Shown: positions 29,483 through 39,178, numbered from the stretch's first letter. The stretch: DNA of 64,000 nt from Fibrobacteria bacterium (GCA_043732185.1 JAYTHY010000023.1:1-64000), one strand, 5' to 3'. Program-made: numbers and translations. Notes: a model not told the origin generated them from the letters alone.

Positions 29483-29593
29483 GGATAAGTTGAATTATAG
29501 CATTAAACCTTGATATCAGGCGTGATATGAGGTTTTCCAGACTGTCATGAGGGTAGACCTGTGGCCAAGAATAGGCTAAAATAAAGGGATATC

Positions 29594-31795
29594 ATGAATC
29601 CGGACTCAAAAGCCTTCAGTCGTTCTGATGCCGAAAATCTCGTGCGTCATTGGAATCTTTTTTACAATCGAACCGTAGCCTATGCCTTTGATCATCCTGC
29701 TGCGCAGGAAAGCATTCCCAAGGTTTTTGAAGCGATGCAAAAATGTTTGGATGACGAGGGCAGCCTATCCGTGCTGTTCCAGGAATTTGGTTACTATATC
29801 GGGCACATCGACTTAGTGTACCAACCCAACAACCGGAAAATCGCCGATCATTTGCGGCGATTCGGAATTGAATCCTTAACGGTTAGTAGCACTCCAACTC
29901 TTCACGACACCGCACGTTTTCTCGATGCGTGCTCCCTAACTCACGCAGACGGCGCACGCTTCCTAGCCTATTTGACCAACCAAGGCGTTACCTGCTTTAG
30001 CGTAAACAATGTAACGCTGCAAACGGTTAAAGAAGGTGACTCCGTGGTCACCAAGGCTACACCGGGCAGCATTTCCTCCCTAGGAAATCCAGGTGGTGTG
30101 AAAAGCAATGAAACCTTCCAAAACCTGAGTTCCTTTGACGCGGCCGCCATGCAAGTGGTACTCGGCCGCTTGACCTCACAAGAAATGACTGCCAACTTAA
30201 GCCTGATCCGGCTGTTGGAAAATCCTTCCGCCCTCCCGGAAGCCATGCTAAAAGTATCCGCAGCCGATCCCGGTCGCGAAGCGCAAACCTTGCAACAAAG
30301 CCTTATGAACGTGGTGGGAGCATTCAAAACGGAGGCGAGCCAAGGTACGGTGCCCATCGAGGAACTGCTCGCAGGCATGTACAATATGCGCGGGGAATTA
30401 TTAAAAGCGGTGAAAGCCCAGCAGGGCCTGAACCAGCATTTGAACACTCCGTCAGATGGAACAGGGACCGGCGATGCCGGAAAGCGTGGCATGGCCGATA
30501 CGGCTGAGGATGTGTTTATTCAAACCGCAGCTCAGTTGGTTTTTACGGAATATCAGAAATGCAAGGGCAATCCCAAGCGCATGGCGCAAATTATTCAAAG
30601 GATTGTCCAGGAAAAGCACCACTTGCAAAAGGTATTGAACCTTTTCCGCATGGAACTGGTCAAAAATAAAATCCCTCTAATTGATTATTTCAACTTGTTG
30701 TCGGACCTCAATTCCATCCTTGGAGCGGACCAAAGTTACCGGGAATTTATTCAGGCCGGTAATGAAATGGGCATCAGCCAGGACGAGCTCCTGAGTGAAC
30801 TTCGGGAAAACCCCAAGCAGGCGGCCCAACTTATCATGCTGGCCAGCGAAGCACGCAAATCCAATCGCGATGGTTCAGCCGAGGATATGATCTCAAGCTT
30901 AGCGGACTATGTGGAAAAGGTGGGAGAAGCCATCGGAAATCGCATGGAGACTGAACCCAAGGAAGCTCTCAAGTTGGGCGGCATGTTGAACCAAATGGAG
31001 GCGCAAGTCAATGAGCAACTGGCGCAGAAAGGTTTGCCCGAAGAAGTTCGACTCATGGGTCAGCAGAAGCTTCGCCATCGCATGCAGCGCTCCCTCGTTG
31101 AATTAAAGGGTAAGGCAGCGATGGCTCAGTTGCGTGATGCCAATATTTCCGAATCGGAAAAAGTTCATTTCCTGCTTGAAATGTTTGGCGATGAAAAAGA
31201 GATGGAAGACATCATGGGCCAGATGCACGAAACCATGGCGCAGGATTCCCTGGCCAGGGACGTGGGCAATCAAATGATGCAAAAGGCGCGCCAGGAAATG
31301 GCCACACGCCGCGAGCGACTCAACTCCAAGGAATTGCCCACTGGTGTTTATGTAAAAGCCGTTCTGGACTTCTTTTTCAAATCCGAAATCAGCCGAGCGA
31401 TTCGCTATGAAGTCCCTTTCAGCGCATTGCTCGTGTCCTTTCATGGTTTGCCGGAAGATAAACTTTCCCTCGAACAGCATGCCGAAGCCCTGCGTGGTTT
31501 GCAGAATGTGCTTATCGGCGACCTGCGTAAATCCATGCGCGACTGTGACTTTATTGGATACCTCTCCTTCAATAGATTCCTCGTTGTCCTGCCTATGACC
31601 AAGGTGGAATCCGTTCCACTTATCCTTAAAAAGCTTCAGGAAAACCTCACACGGCAGGTGGCGCTGCCCAACGGCACCAAACTTTCCATCCATGCACGGT
31701 GTGGCGTGGCCGGATTCGAAAAAGAAAAGTTCAATTCCTTTCAGAAAATTTACGCTGAACTCGTTAAAAGCTGGCAGGGATCCCCGATTGCCTAG
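29594..31795 (+). CDS. Large helical protein with a C-terminal degenerate GGDEF-like domain
   Basis: TGVY...EISRAIRY..PFSALL...MRDCDFIGYLSFNRFLVVLP...CGVA matches the GGDEF fold pattern, with the active site replaced by SFNRF. Confidence 0.8.
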   Translation: MNPDSKAFSRSDAENLVRHWNLFYNRTVAYAFDHPAAQESIPKVFEAMQKCLDDEGSLSVLFQEFGYYIGHIDLVYQPNNRKIADHLRRFGIESLTVSSTPTLHDTARFLDACSLTHADGARFLAYLTNQGVTCFSVNNVTLQTVKEGDSVVTKATPGSISSLGNPGGVKSNETFQNLSSFDAAAMQVVLGRLTSQEMTANLSLIRLLENPSALPEAMLKVSAADPGREAQTLQQSLMNVVGAFKTEASQGTVPIEELLAGMYNMRGELLKAVKAQQGLNQHLNTPSDGTGTGDAGKRGMADTAEDVFIQTAAQLVFTEYQKCKGNPKRMAQIIQRIVQEKHHLQKVLNLFRMELVKNKIPLIDYFNLLSDLNSILGADQSYREFIQAGNEMGISQDELLSELRENPKQAAQLIMLASEARKSNRDGSAEDMISSLADYVEKVGEAIGNRMETEPKEALKLGGMLNQMEAQVNEQLAQKGLPEEVRLMGQQKLRHRMQRSLVELKGKAAMAQLRDANISESEKVHFLLEMFGDEKEMEDIMGQMHETMAQDSLARDVGNQMMQKARQEMATRRERLNSKELPTGVYVKAVLDFFFKSEISRAIRYEVPFSALLVSFHGLPEDKLSLEQHAEALRGLQNVLIGDLRKSMRDCDFIGYLSFNRFLVVLPMTKVESVPLILKKLQENLTRQVALPNGTKLSIHARCGVAGFEKEKFNSFQKIYAELVKSWQGSPIA

Positions 31796-31819
31796 TGTAT
31801 CTTAGCGGTTACCCATTCC

Positions 31820-33262
31820 ATGGAAAACCCATCGATACTCATTGTTGACGACGAAAAAATCACGGCCTTCTACCTGAAGGACATTCTAACCGCAGCCAAT
31901 TACCAGGTCCATATCGCGCAAAATGGCGAGGAAGCCCTGGAATTACTAAGCCGAAAAAAAATCAATCTAATTATCACCGACTTGGTGATGCCCGGAATCG
32001 ATGGCTTTGCTTTGGTTCGCAAAGTGAAACAAATTCAACCTGACCTACCTGTATTCATCCTAACTGCCCATGGATCCTATGATGTTGCCCGTAAGGCCCA
32101 AACTATCGGCGCGGACGATTATTTACTCAAACCAATAAATCCTGATCAATTGCATGCGGCCTTGTCCAAGACTTTGGAAAAAAGTTTTCTCAAGCATTCA
32201 GGCCCTCTGGCTAAACTCGGTGAATCGGGATATGCAGCCAATCATATCACGGGTTCGTCAAAACCCTTGCAGGACGTATTCAGGCTGATTGAAACCGCGC
32301 GCACCTCTCGCGGACACGTACTTATTCGTGGGGAAAGTGGTACTGGAAAGGAATTGGTGGCCCGCGCCATTTACACCAATGAATCGGCCAATGCCAATAA
32401 TTTTGTCATCGTCAACTGCTGTACGATTTCGGAAGGGCTGATTGAAAGTGAATTGTTCGGTCATGCACGTGGTGCTTTTTCCGGCGCCGTATCTGACCGC
32501 GAGGGACTTTTTGAATTAGCCGAAGGCGGCACCATTTTTCTGGATGAAATTGGCGATATCCCCTTGCGCAGTCAAACCAAACTGTTGCGCATCCTACAAG
32601 AAGGCGAATTCCGTCGTGTCGGCGAAAATAAAATTCGGCATGTGAATGTCCGTGTCATAGCCGCGACCAACCGCAATCTGGAAGAAGCCATCAAACAGGG
32701 TCATTTCCGGGAAGACCTCTATTATCGATTGAACGTGATACCCATTCACCTTCCGCCGCTCCGCTCCCGGATGGAAGACGTTCCGCTTTTAGTTCGGCAT
32801 TTTCTGGCCAAACATCAAAAGCGCAACCCTGCCAAGGTCGGTATCAACGACCAAGCCATGGAAGTTTTAATGGCCTATAGCTTTCCAGGCAATATCCGTG
32901 AACTGGAAAACGTCATTCAAAGGGCCATATCTTTTGCCCAGGGCGCATTCATTACTAAACCCGAAATTGAATCCTATTTAAAAGGGGCGGCCACTGGACA
33001 GCCCTTGGTGGTGGCACTGGACTACTTAACCTATCCAACCCTTAAAAGTCACTTACAAAAAATCGAACATGACTTTATACTCAGCAAATTAAAAGCATGC
33101 GATGGAAGCGTTTCCGATGCGGCCCGAATGATGCAAATTACCCGTACTGCTCTGCACAATAAGCTGAAAAAGCTGGGAATTAAAAGTAAAGAAATGAAAC
33201 AGTTGCCGGAGGTGAAACCCATGAAAGCCGGCCCAATTCCAGCCAAATTCAAGACGCCGTAG
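31820..33262 (+). CDS. Sigma54-dependent response regulator (NtrC/AtoC family)
   Basis: Receiver VDDE...TDLVMP. AAA+ GESGTGKE, ESELFGH, GAFSGA, FLDEIG, DLYYRL, PGNIREL. Fis-type HTH. Confidence 0.95.
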   Translation: MENPSILIVDDEKITAFYLKDILTAANYQVHIAQNGEEALELLSRKKINLIITDLVMPGIDGFALVRKVKQIQPDLPVFILTAHGSYDVARKAQTIGADDYLLKPINPDQLHAALSKTLEKSFLKHSGPLAKLGESGYAANHITGSSKPLQDVFRLIETARTSRGHVLIRGESGTGKELVARAIYTNESANANNFVIVNCCTISEGLIESELFGHARGAFSGAVSDREGLFELAEGGTIFLDEIGDIPLRSQTKLLRILQEGEFRRVGENKIRHVNVRVIAATNRNLEEAIKQGHFREDLYYRLNVIPIHLPPLRSRMEDVPLLVRHFLAKHQKRNPAKVGINDQAMEVLMAYSFPGNIRELENVIQRAISFAQGAFITKPEIESYLKGAATGQPLVVALDYLTYPTLKSHLQKIEHDFILSKLKACDGSVSDAARMMQITRTALHNKLKKLGIKSKEMKQLPEVKPMKAGPIPAKFKTP

Positions 33263-33295
33263 GGAGTCGATTACACCTTTGCGGGGCAGGGTGAC

Positions 33296-33547
33296 TTAAA
33301 GGGCGGAAACCAATTCGTCCTGAAGAACAGGACCTGCCAACAACTGGCCAAGCTCCTCGATTGAGCCAATGGGAAAATTTCTGGAGCCCAAGAAGTCAAA
33401 AAGATCGGGCAAAGAGACCTTGCGAGGCCCACGCCCAATTCGGAACGACCGCAGCTGCTTGCGCTCAATCCAGGCGATCACGGTTTTTGGACTGACTTCG
33501 CAAATCCTGGCTATTTCACCCGTTGTTACAAACTTCTTATTAGTCAT
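33296..33547 (-). CDS. Small excisionase-like (HTH_17) DNA-binding protein
   Basis: TTGEIARICEVSPKTVIAWI...LRSFRIG. ATG at 33547 preceded by GGGAGA. Confidence 0.8.
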   Translation of the reverse strand: MTNKKFVTTGEIARICEVSPKTVIAWIERKQLRSFRIGRGPRKVSLPDLFDFLGSRNFPIGSIEELGQLLAGPVLQDELVSAL

Positions 33548-33721
33548 CGATGGCTTCTCCCGTTGTCTCTTGGTGCATTTCCGGATTTTTCCGGATGCCA
33601 TGATATCAATAAGGTAACAAGCAAGGTCAAACCTCTCAAGATACTGGAAGAAGGATAGTTTACATTTTTCTTACGCCTGTATTTAGGTCCGCGCTTCAAA
33701 TCCTTGAGAACCTGGTTTGCT

Positions 33722-33737
33722 TGGCACGCTCTTTGCC
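33722..33737 (+). promoter_or_regulatory. Sigma54 (-24/-12) promoter upstream of obgE
   Basis: TGGCACG-CTCT-TTGC, with GG at 33723-24 and GC at 33735-36 exactly 10 nt apart. Confidence 0.65.
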
Positions 33738-33763
33738 AATCTTGGTTTACTAGCTTTACGGCC

Positions 33764-34759
33764 ATGTTCATAGACGAATCAAAATTGGAAGTACACGCGG
33801 GCCATGGTGGCAAGGGAATGGTCAGCTTTCGTCGCGAGAAATTTGTGCCGCGTGGCGGACCAAACGGTGGCAATGGTGGACGCGGTGGACACGTCATACT
33901 GCGTGCCACATCGGAAATCCATACGCTCTATGATATTGGCAACCAGAGGGTCTTTAGGGCCGAACATGGAGAATCCGGAGGTACATCACTGTGCACTGGA
34001 CGAACCGGAAAAGATGTTGTGATTAAGGTGCCCATTGGAACGCTGGTCAAGGACTTGGAAACCAGTGAACTTCTGGTTGATTTAAATACAGACGGCCAAA
34101 CCTATACGGCCGCTGAAGGCGGCCGAGGCGGAATTGGCAATGCAGCGTTCAAAAGCAGCACAAATCGGACCCCAAAAGAATCTAAACCCGGTGTGGCTGG
34201 AGGCTCTCGTAAACTAAGCCTTGAGCTTAAATTAGTTGCGGACTGTGGATTAGTCGGATTTCCCAATGCGGGGAAAAGCTCGCTTCTGCGCAAGCTTTCC
34301 TCGGCCACTCCAAAAGTTGCCGATTATCCCTTTACGACCCTTAAACCTGTACTGGGTTTGGTGGCCTTAACTCCCGGGAAAAGCTTTGTCCTTGTGGATA
34401 TTCCAGGATTGATCGAAGGGGCTGCCGAGGGCAAAGGGCTTGGACATCAATTTCTTCGCCATGTAGAACGGAGCTTCTGTCTGGCCTACATCCTCGATGT
34501 GAGCGATAAGGATCATTACCAGCATTATTTGACTCTACGGGCAGAAATGGAAAAGTTCCAACCCTTATTGGTGACAAAGCCCAAGATCATTGTGTTGAAC
34601 AAAATTGATTTGGGCAAACCTAAAGTGGATAAGCGGATTAAAAAGGAAGGTTGCCCGATCTTCCTGACTTCCGCCTTAACAGGTGAAGGTTTGGCGGAAT
34701 TTAAATCGGGAATCCGAGAAATGATCGGTGAAAAAGGCATTCGCCAAGCGGGTTGGTAG
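33764..34759 (+). CDS. obgE: GTPase ObgE/CgtA
   Basis: MFIDE, GGNGGRGG Obg domain, GFPNAGKS, YPFTT, DIPG, NKID, SAL. Confidence 0.97.
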   Translation: MFIDESKLEVHAGHGGKGMVSFRREKFVPRGGPNGGNGGRGGHVILRATSEIHTLYDIGNQRVFRAEHGESGGTSLCTGRTGKDVVIKVPIGTLVKDLETSELLVDLNTDGQTYTAAEGGRGGIGNAAFKSSTNRTPKESKPGVAGGSRKLSLELKLVADCGLVGFPNAGKSSLLRKLSSATPKVADYPFTTLKPVLGLVALTPGKSFVLVDIPGLIEGAAEGKGLGHQFLRHVERSFCLAYILDVSDKDHYQHYLTLRAEMEKFQPLLVTKPKIIVLNKIDLGKPKVDKRIKKEGCPIFLTSALTGEGLAEFKSGIREMIGEKGIRQAGW

Positions 34760-34773
34760 CCACTTGGTTGGAA

Positions 34774-35232
34774 TTAATTCTCGTCGTAGGTGCGCTCTAC
34801 TTCTTCGCGGTCTTTCTTCTCAACAATTTCATTACTGAAGTTACGGTCGATGGGCAGGGCATTTAAATCAGGATTGGTATTGTCCAAAATGTAGACGGCT
34901 GAGGGATTATCCAACCAGCCTACGACCTCAACGTCTTTAAGGTTGTGGGTTCCGCCACTAGTTACTTTCACCCTCTCAACAGTACCATTGTCTACCCAAC
35001 CTTTGATGCTCCCGGTTGTTTTAATAAGCGAACGGGCCTTTCCTTGCTTCAGAATCGAAATTTCATCCCCAGCTCCCAAATCCATTACTTTTTCGGCTTC
35101 CTCGGATTGCTCATTTTTATAGACGGCTGCTCCGCCTGATTTGATTCTAGTGACAATGGTCGATTCCGTTTTATCCTTGGAATAAACGAAAGCCACTAAC
35201 GTGAAAACGAGAAAAGCCGCAATTTTCTTCAT
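34774..35232 (-). CDS. Secreted protein with a bacterial SH3-like domain
   Basis: Signal peptide MKKIAAFLVFTLVAFVYS. SH3b-like 'L.AGDEISIL...IKT...KGWV'. AGGAAGG RBS. Confidence 0.7.
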   Translation of the reverse strand: MKKIAAFLVFTLVAFVYSKDKTESTIVTRIKSGGAAVYKNEQSEEAEKVMDLGAGDEISILKQGKARSLIKTTGSIKGWVDNGTVERVKVTSGGTHNLKDVEVVGWLDNPSAVYILDNTNPDLNALPIDRNFSNEIVEKKDREEVERTYDEN

Positions 35233-35547
35233 ATAACCTTCCTAATAACCGGTTGGAAACAGAACCGGTTGAATAGCAATATATAGTGAAGGATAGAAAT
35301 TCACAAGGCCCTGATTAATTAATTTACGCGATATTTAACACTTTAAGCCTAATTTTCAGTGGCCAGGTCAGTTCTATCCCAGAGGCCTGGTACGGACCTC
35401 CTTTTCACTCGCATGAATCCTTCCGAGTCATGAAAAACGGTAATTTTGGGGTACTTCTCCTTTTATATCACCTAGCGATTGCATAGAAAATTGAGGGAAA
35501 GGTATAATCATCCCAATCTTAGGAATGTGTTCAGCCAAAGGAATTTT

Positions 35548-36225
35548 ATGCAAATCCTGATGAAAATCGCCAAATTTATTGATGAAGGCGGTGCAGTTGA
35601 ATATTTAATCTTAGGGCTTCTGGGCCTAGGCATGTCCGTTATTTTGGAACGAATTTGGTTCTTTTTCATTAAATGCCGTGTCAATTCCAAAAAATTACTC
35701 GGCGATACCACGGCATTGATCCGTAAGGAAAAAGTAGCCGAGGCGCGAAAACTATGCAATCAGACTGGGACCCCACTTGGGCTCATATTGGAAGCCGGAA
35801 TTTGGAAATATGAACAGGCCGCGACCGCGGAAGAAATAAAAGATGCACTTGAAGAGGTAGCTCTCAGAGAGGTTCCCCGACTGCAAAAAAGGACCCACTA
35901 TCTCGGTTTGTTGGCCAATTTGTGCACACTGGTAGGTTTGCTAGGCACGATTTTTGGGTTACAAGAGGCATTTTCCGCCTTGGAATCCGCCGATCCCTCT
36001 CAAAAAAGCAAATTACTGGCTCGTGGAATAACCCTGGCGCTAAATGCCACGGCATTGGGTCTCATCTCGGCGATGATTTGCATGTCTGCTTTCACATGGC
36101 TGGGGTCCAAAGCCAATAATTTACTGGAACAAATTGATGAAACCGTTCTGCGCTTGGTGAATTTCCTGAACGCCCAACGCAAGGCAAATCCTGACCGGAA
36201 ATCGGGGATAGGCCAAGCGGGATGA
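35548..36225 (+). CDS. MotA/TolQ/ExbB proton channel (AglR-like)
   Basis: GG...LGMSVILER, TLVGLLGTIFGL, LARGITLALNATALGL. Confidence 0.92.
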   Translation: MQILMKIAKFIDEGGAVEYLILGLLGLGMSVILERIWFFFIKCRVNSKKLLGDTTALIRKEKVAEARKLCNQTGTPLGLILEAGIWKYEQAATAEEIKDALEEVALREVPRLQKRTHYLGLLANLCTLVGLLGTIFGLQEAFSALESADPSQKSKLLARGITLALNATALGLISAMICMSAFTWLGSKANNLLEQIDETVLRLVNFLNAQRKANPDRKSGIGQAG

Positions 36226-36737
36226 GCATTAATAAGCAGGGTAGAGGTATAAGCAAAGGTGGACTCACAGGAAAAGGTGGGCCTTCCGAAACGGAAGCCA
36301 TTGACATCGACATGACGCCGATGATGAACATGCTTATCATCCTTATCTCCTTTTTGGTGACCATGGTGGTTTTTACCCAGCTCGCCGTAATCAAGTTTAA
36401 CCTTCCTCCATCTGGTCCCGGAGAAGGCAGTGCCGAATCGAAACCGGATACCGCCACCCACCAGGACGTAGACATTACGGTGCTCATTTCCGAAAACGGT
36501 TTTCAGATTATCGGCGAAGGTCGCAAGCTCGATCCAATTCCTAAAGGGTCCAAAGGCTATGATTTTTCCAAGCTGGGGAAATTCATGAAAAGCCTTAAGG
36601 ACGAGTATCCGACTGCGGAAAGTGTGGTGCTCTTGATCGATTCCACCATTATCTATCAGGACATCATCAGCGCCATGGACATCGTTCGGGAAAATAAATT
36701 CCCCAACATCCTGCTTTCGGGAGGCGTTTACCAATGA
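36222..36737 (+). CDS. ExbD/TolR family protein (conserved TM Asp replaced by Asn)
   Basis: DIDMTPMMNMLIILISFL, YQDIISAMD. Confidence 0.9.
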   Translation: MSINKQGRGISKGGLTGKGGPSETEAIDIDMTPMMNMLIILISFLVTMVVFTQLAVIKFNLPPSGPGEGSAESKPDTATHQDVDITVLISENGFQIIGEGRKLDPIPKGSKGYDFSKLGKFMKSLKDEYPTAESVVLLIDSTIIYQDIISAMDIVRENKFPNILLSGGVYQ

Positions 36738-37225
36738 GCATCATCCGGAAAAAACGCAAAGGCGGAAACGAGTTTGCCAAGCCGCAAATGACATCCCTGG
36801 TGGATGTGCTCACGGTTCTGGTTTTTTTTCTGCTCAAGAATTTTTCCACCGAAGGAGATATTATGACTCCTTCCAAAAATCTGGAGCTGCCAGAAAGCAG
36901 TGCTAAAGCAAAACCGGAAATTGGACTGGTTATAGCCATCAGTCAAAAACACATTATGCTGGAAGGTGCGCCTGTGGCGCTGGTCAGCGAAGAACAAGAA
37001 CGCGCAGGCACGGAAATCCCCGGACTCGCGCAAGCCTTGGATGAAAAGCGAAAACAAACGGAATCTATTGCCGAGTATGACAAGAACGTATCCTTCGATG
37101 GAAAATTATCCATACAAGGCGATCGCAATATCCCCTACTGGCTGCTGCAAAAAGTGCTTGCCACTTGCGGAGAAAACGGATACAGCAGTTTTGCCCTTGC
37201 CGTGAGTAAAAAAGATGTCGACTGA
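36734..37225 (+). CDS. ExbD/TolR family protein (AglS-like)
   Basis: MTSLVDVLTVLVFFLLKNFS, IQGDRNIPY. Confidence 0.9.
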   Translation: MSIIRKKRKGGNEFAKPQMTSLVDVLTVLVFFLLKNFSTEGDIMTPSKNLELPESSAKAKPEIGLVIAISQKHIMLEGAPVALVSEEQERAGTEIPGLAQALDEKRKQTESIAEYDKNVSFDGKLSIQGDRNIPYWLLQKVLATCGENGYSSFALAVSKKDVD

Positions 37226-38255
37226 AAACCTACCGGAAAAACCCAAGGGAAACCCTCCCAACCCCAATAAGGGTGGCTATAAGGGAGGATTATTCGATCA
37301 AATCGATGTTCCATCCATTGCCAGTTTTTCGATCTGTTTTCTGTTTTTTGTGCTGGTAATATTTGGCGTGAAATCCATCGACTATAGTGATTTAAACAAA
37401 ACCTCACTATCAGACCTGTCCGATAGAGTGGCAAAAATCATCATGCCATTAAAGCCCATTGGCAAACCCGTTGCGAAGTCACCACTTAAAGGAAAAGGCT
37501 CCTCCAAGGGCACCAGCACATCCAGTGTGAAGGGCGGGGACGCCTCGGCATCCGCACGAATTGAACGGTCTCGAAAAACGGTAAGTGAACAAATCGGTGT
37601 TGTCCAAGAGCGTATCACCAAGGCCGCCGTTTTATCCATACTGTCCGGAAAGGGACCGGGAACCCAGGGAAAGGCGGTTGGCAGACAGCCTAAGAGCCAA
37701 GGTTTTTCGGGCTTCGGGGACCTTGATGAAAAGCTAGGTTCCATGGAAGGATTAACCAAGTTTGATGGTAAAAAAGGAAACATCAACCAGGATGGTCAGC
37801 CGCCGGAAAACAGTCGCGGCGACAACGTTGGAACAACGTCCGGGATTGACAAATTGGTGAAAGGATTCCAGAATGCTAAGAGGAGCACTTTGCAAAAAAT
37901 AGGCGTAGCCGAGTTTGAAAAACCAGAACTCTTGGAACGAGCCTCGGACAAATTTACCGGTAAACGGAGCCTTCAGGAAGTTGCGGCATTCATCAATAAA
38001 AAGCAGTCCATGGTGAGCATGTTATACGAAGAAAGACTGAAAGTAAACCCGGCTCTGGAAGGGAAAGTAACTGTAGTGCTAGTCATTGAAGAGGATGGCA
38101 GTGTTTCATCTACAACCATGTTGCGAAATGAAACTACTCTTGATGATCCTGACTTTGTTGCGGATTTGCTTCGTCGAATCAAACGGTGGATTTTTCCACC
38201 TTCGACCGGTGGTCCTGTGCAAATGAAATCACCATTCGTATTCAGGCCAAGTTGA
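37215..38255 (+). CDS. TonB-like energy transducer with an AgmX/PglI-type C-terminal domain
   Basis: One TM helix, a Gly/Lys/Ser-rich linker, and YEERLKVNPALEGKV...GSV...WIFP...PFVF. Confidence 0.82.
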   Translation: MSTENLPEKPKGNPPNPNKGGYKGGLFDQIDVPSIASFSICFLFFVLVIFGVKSIDYSDLNKTSLSDLSDRVAKIIMPLKPIGKPVAKSPLKGKGSSKGTSTSSVKGGDASASARIERSRKTVSEQIGVVQERITKAAVLSILSGKGPGTQGKAVGRQPKSQGFSGFGDLDEKLGSMEGLTKFDGKKGNINQDGQPPENSRGDNVGTTSGIDKLVKGFQNAKRSTLQKIGVAEFEKPELLERASDKFTGKRSLQEVAAFINKKQSMVSMLYEERLKVNPALEGKVTVVLVIEEDGSVSSTTMLRNETTLDDPDFVADLLRRIKRWIFPPSTGGPVQMKSPFVFRPS

Positions 38256-38266
38256 TAGGAAAGTCA

Positions 38267-39178
38267 ATGCGAAATATATTCTGTTTTTCCCTTGTTTTCC
38301 TCCAGATTGCTGCTTTGTTAGCTGGTCCACATGTCGAAGCAGCTATTATTAAAGCTGGGATGACACTAAATATCGTCGTCAAAAACGACAAGGAGCTATC
38401 CGCCATCGTAAGGGTGAACGACAACGGAACCATCGATTATCCCCTTTATTCGGATGTTTCGATTATCGATAAAACTACGGGTGAATTACAGGATATCCTG
38501 ACCTACAAATTAGCTAAAGTGGTGGAATCACCATTGGTGCTGGTTGGAATTATGACGGAGACGCCCATCTCTATCATGGTATTGGGACAGGTCAAAAAAC
38601 CTGGACTGGTTACTATGTCACCGAAATCAAGCATACAGGAAGTTTTATTGATGGCGGGCGGCACAACCGATCAATCCGATCTACAACAAGTAAAACTGGT
38701 GCATAAAAATCAAGGAGACGAAAATGCAAGTTATTATGATCTCCAAAAATTCATGTCTTCCGGTGACCTGTCATTGCTCCCTACCTTATCTGATGGCGAC
38801 CGAATCATTATACTGTCTTCAAAAAAATCAAAGTATGTAAAGATATTGGGTGCAGTAAATAAACCAGGCTTCTACCCTGTAACAGAAGCCGCCGGCGTCT
38901 TCGACATGCTCTATTTAGCTGGTGGACCAAGCCCTGACGCTAACATGTCCAAAGTGCGCATTATTTCCGCTCCGGGAGGCCAGAAGGCCGATTTTGTTCT
39001 TGATATGCAAAAATTCATTGATGAAGGCAAGACAGAAAATCTACCCCTACTTTCGGAAGGAGATATGGTAATTGTCTATGCAAAAATCGTCACGTTGACA
39101 AAGACCCTGGAGATGGCGCGGGATATTGTTGCTCTGCTTACCGCCTGGTATATCATAACTTCTGTGGTTAAGAAGTGA
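38267..39178 (+). CDS. Polysaccharide export protein (OPX/Wza family, SLBB repeats)
   Basis: Signal peptide, VNDNGTIDYP, two SLBB units (VLGQVKKPG...AGG; ILGAVNKPG...AGG), C-terminal amphipathic helix. Confidence 0.88.
   Translation: MRNIFCFSLVFLQIAALLAGPHVEAAIIKAGMTLNIVVKNDKELSAIVRVNDNGTIDYPLYSDVSIIDKTTGELQDILTYKLAKVVESPLVLVGIMTETPISIMVLGQVKKPGLVTMSPKSSIQEVLLMAGGTTDQSDLQQVKLVHKNQGDENASYYDLQKFMSSGDLSLLPTLSDGDRIIILSSKKSKYVKILGAVNKPGFYPVTEAAGVFDMLYLAGGPSPDANMSKVRIISAPGGQKADFVLDMQKFIDEGKTENLPLLSEGDMVIVYAKIVTLTKTLEMARDIVALLTAWYIITSVVKK

Noticed and set aside
29562..29577. GG-N10-GC upstream of the GGDEF-like gene
   Set aside because: Poor match outside the dinucleotides, and the predicted TSS would cut into the RBS.
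33296..33547. Excisionase-like gene as a sign of a prophage or ICE
   Set aside because: No integrase, att site or phage genes nearby; the HTH_17 fold is common in regulators.
35247..35270. AACCGGTT palindrome twice, 16 bp apart, upstream of the SH3 gene
   Set aside because: Too short to call an operator without comparative data.
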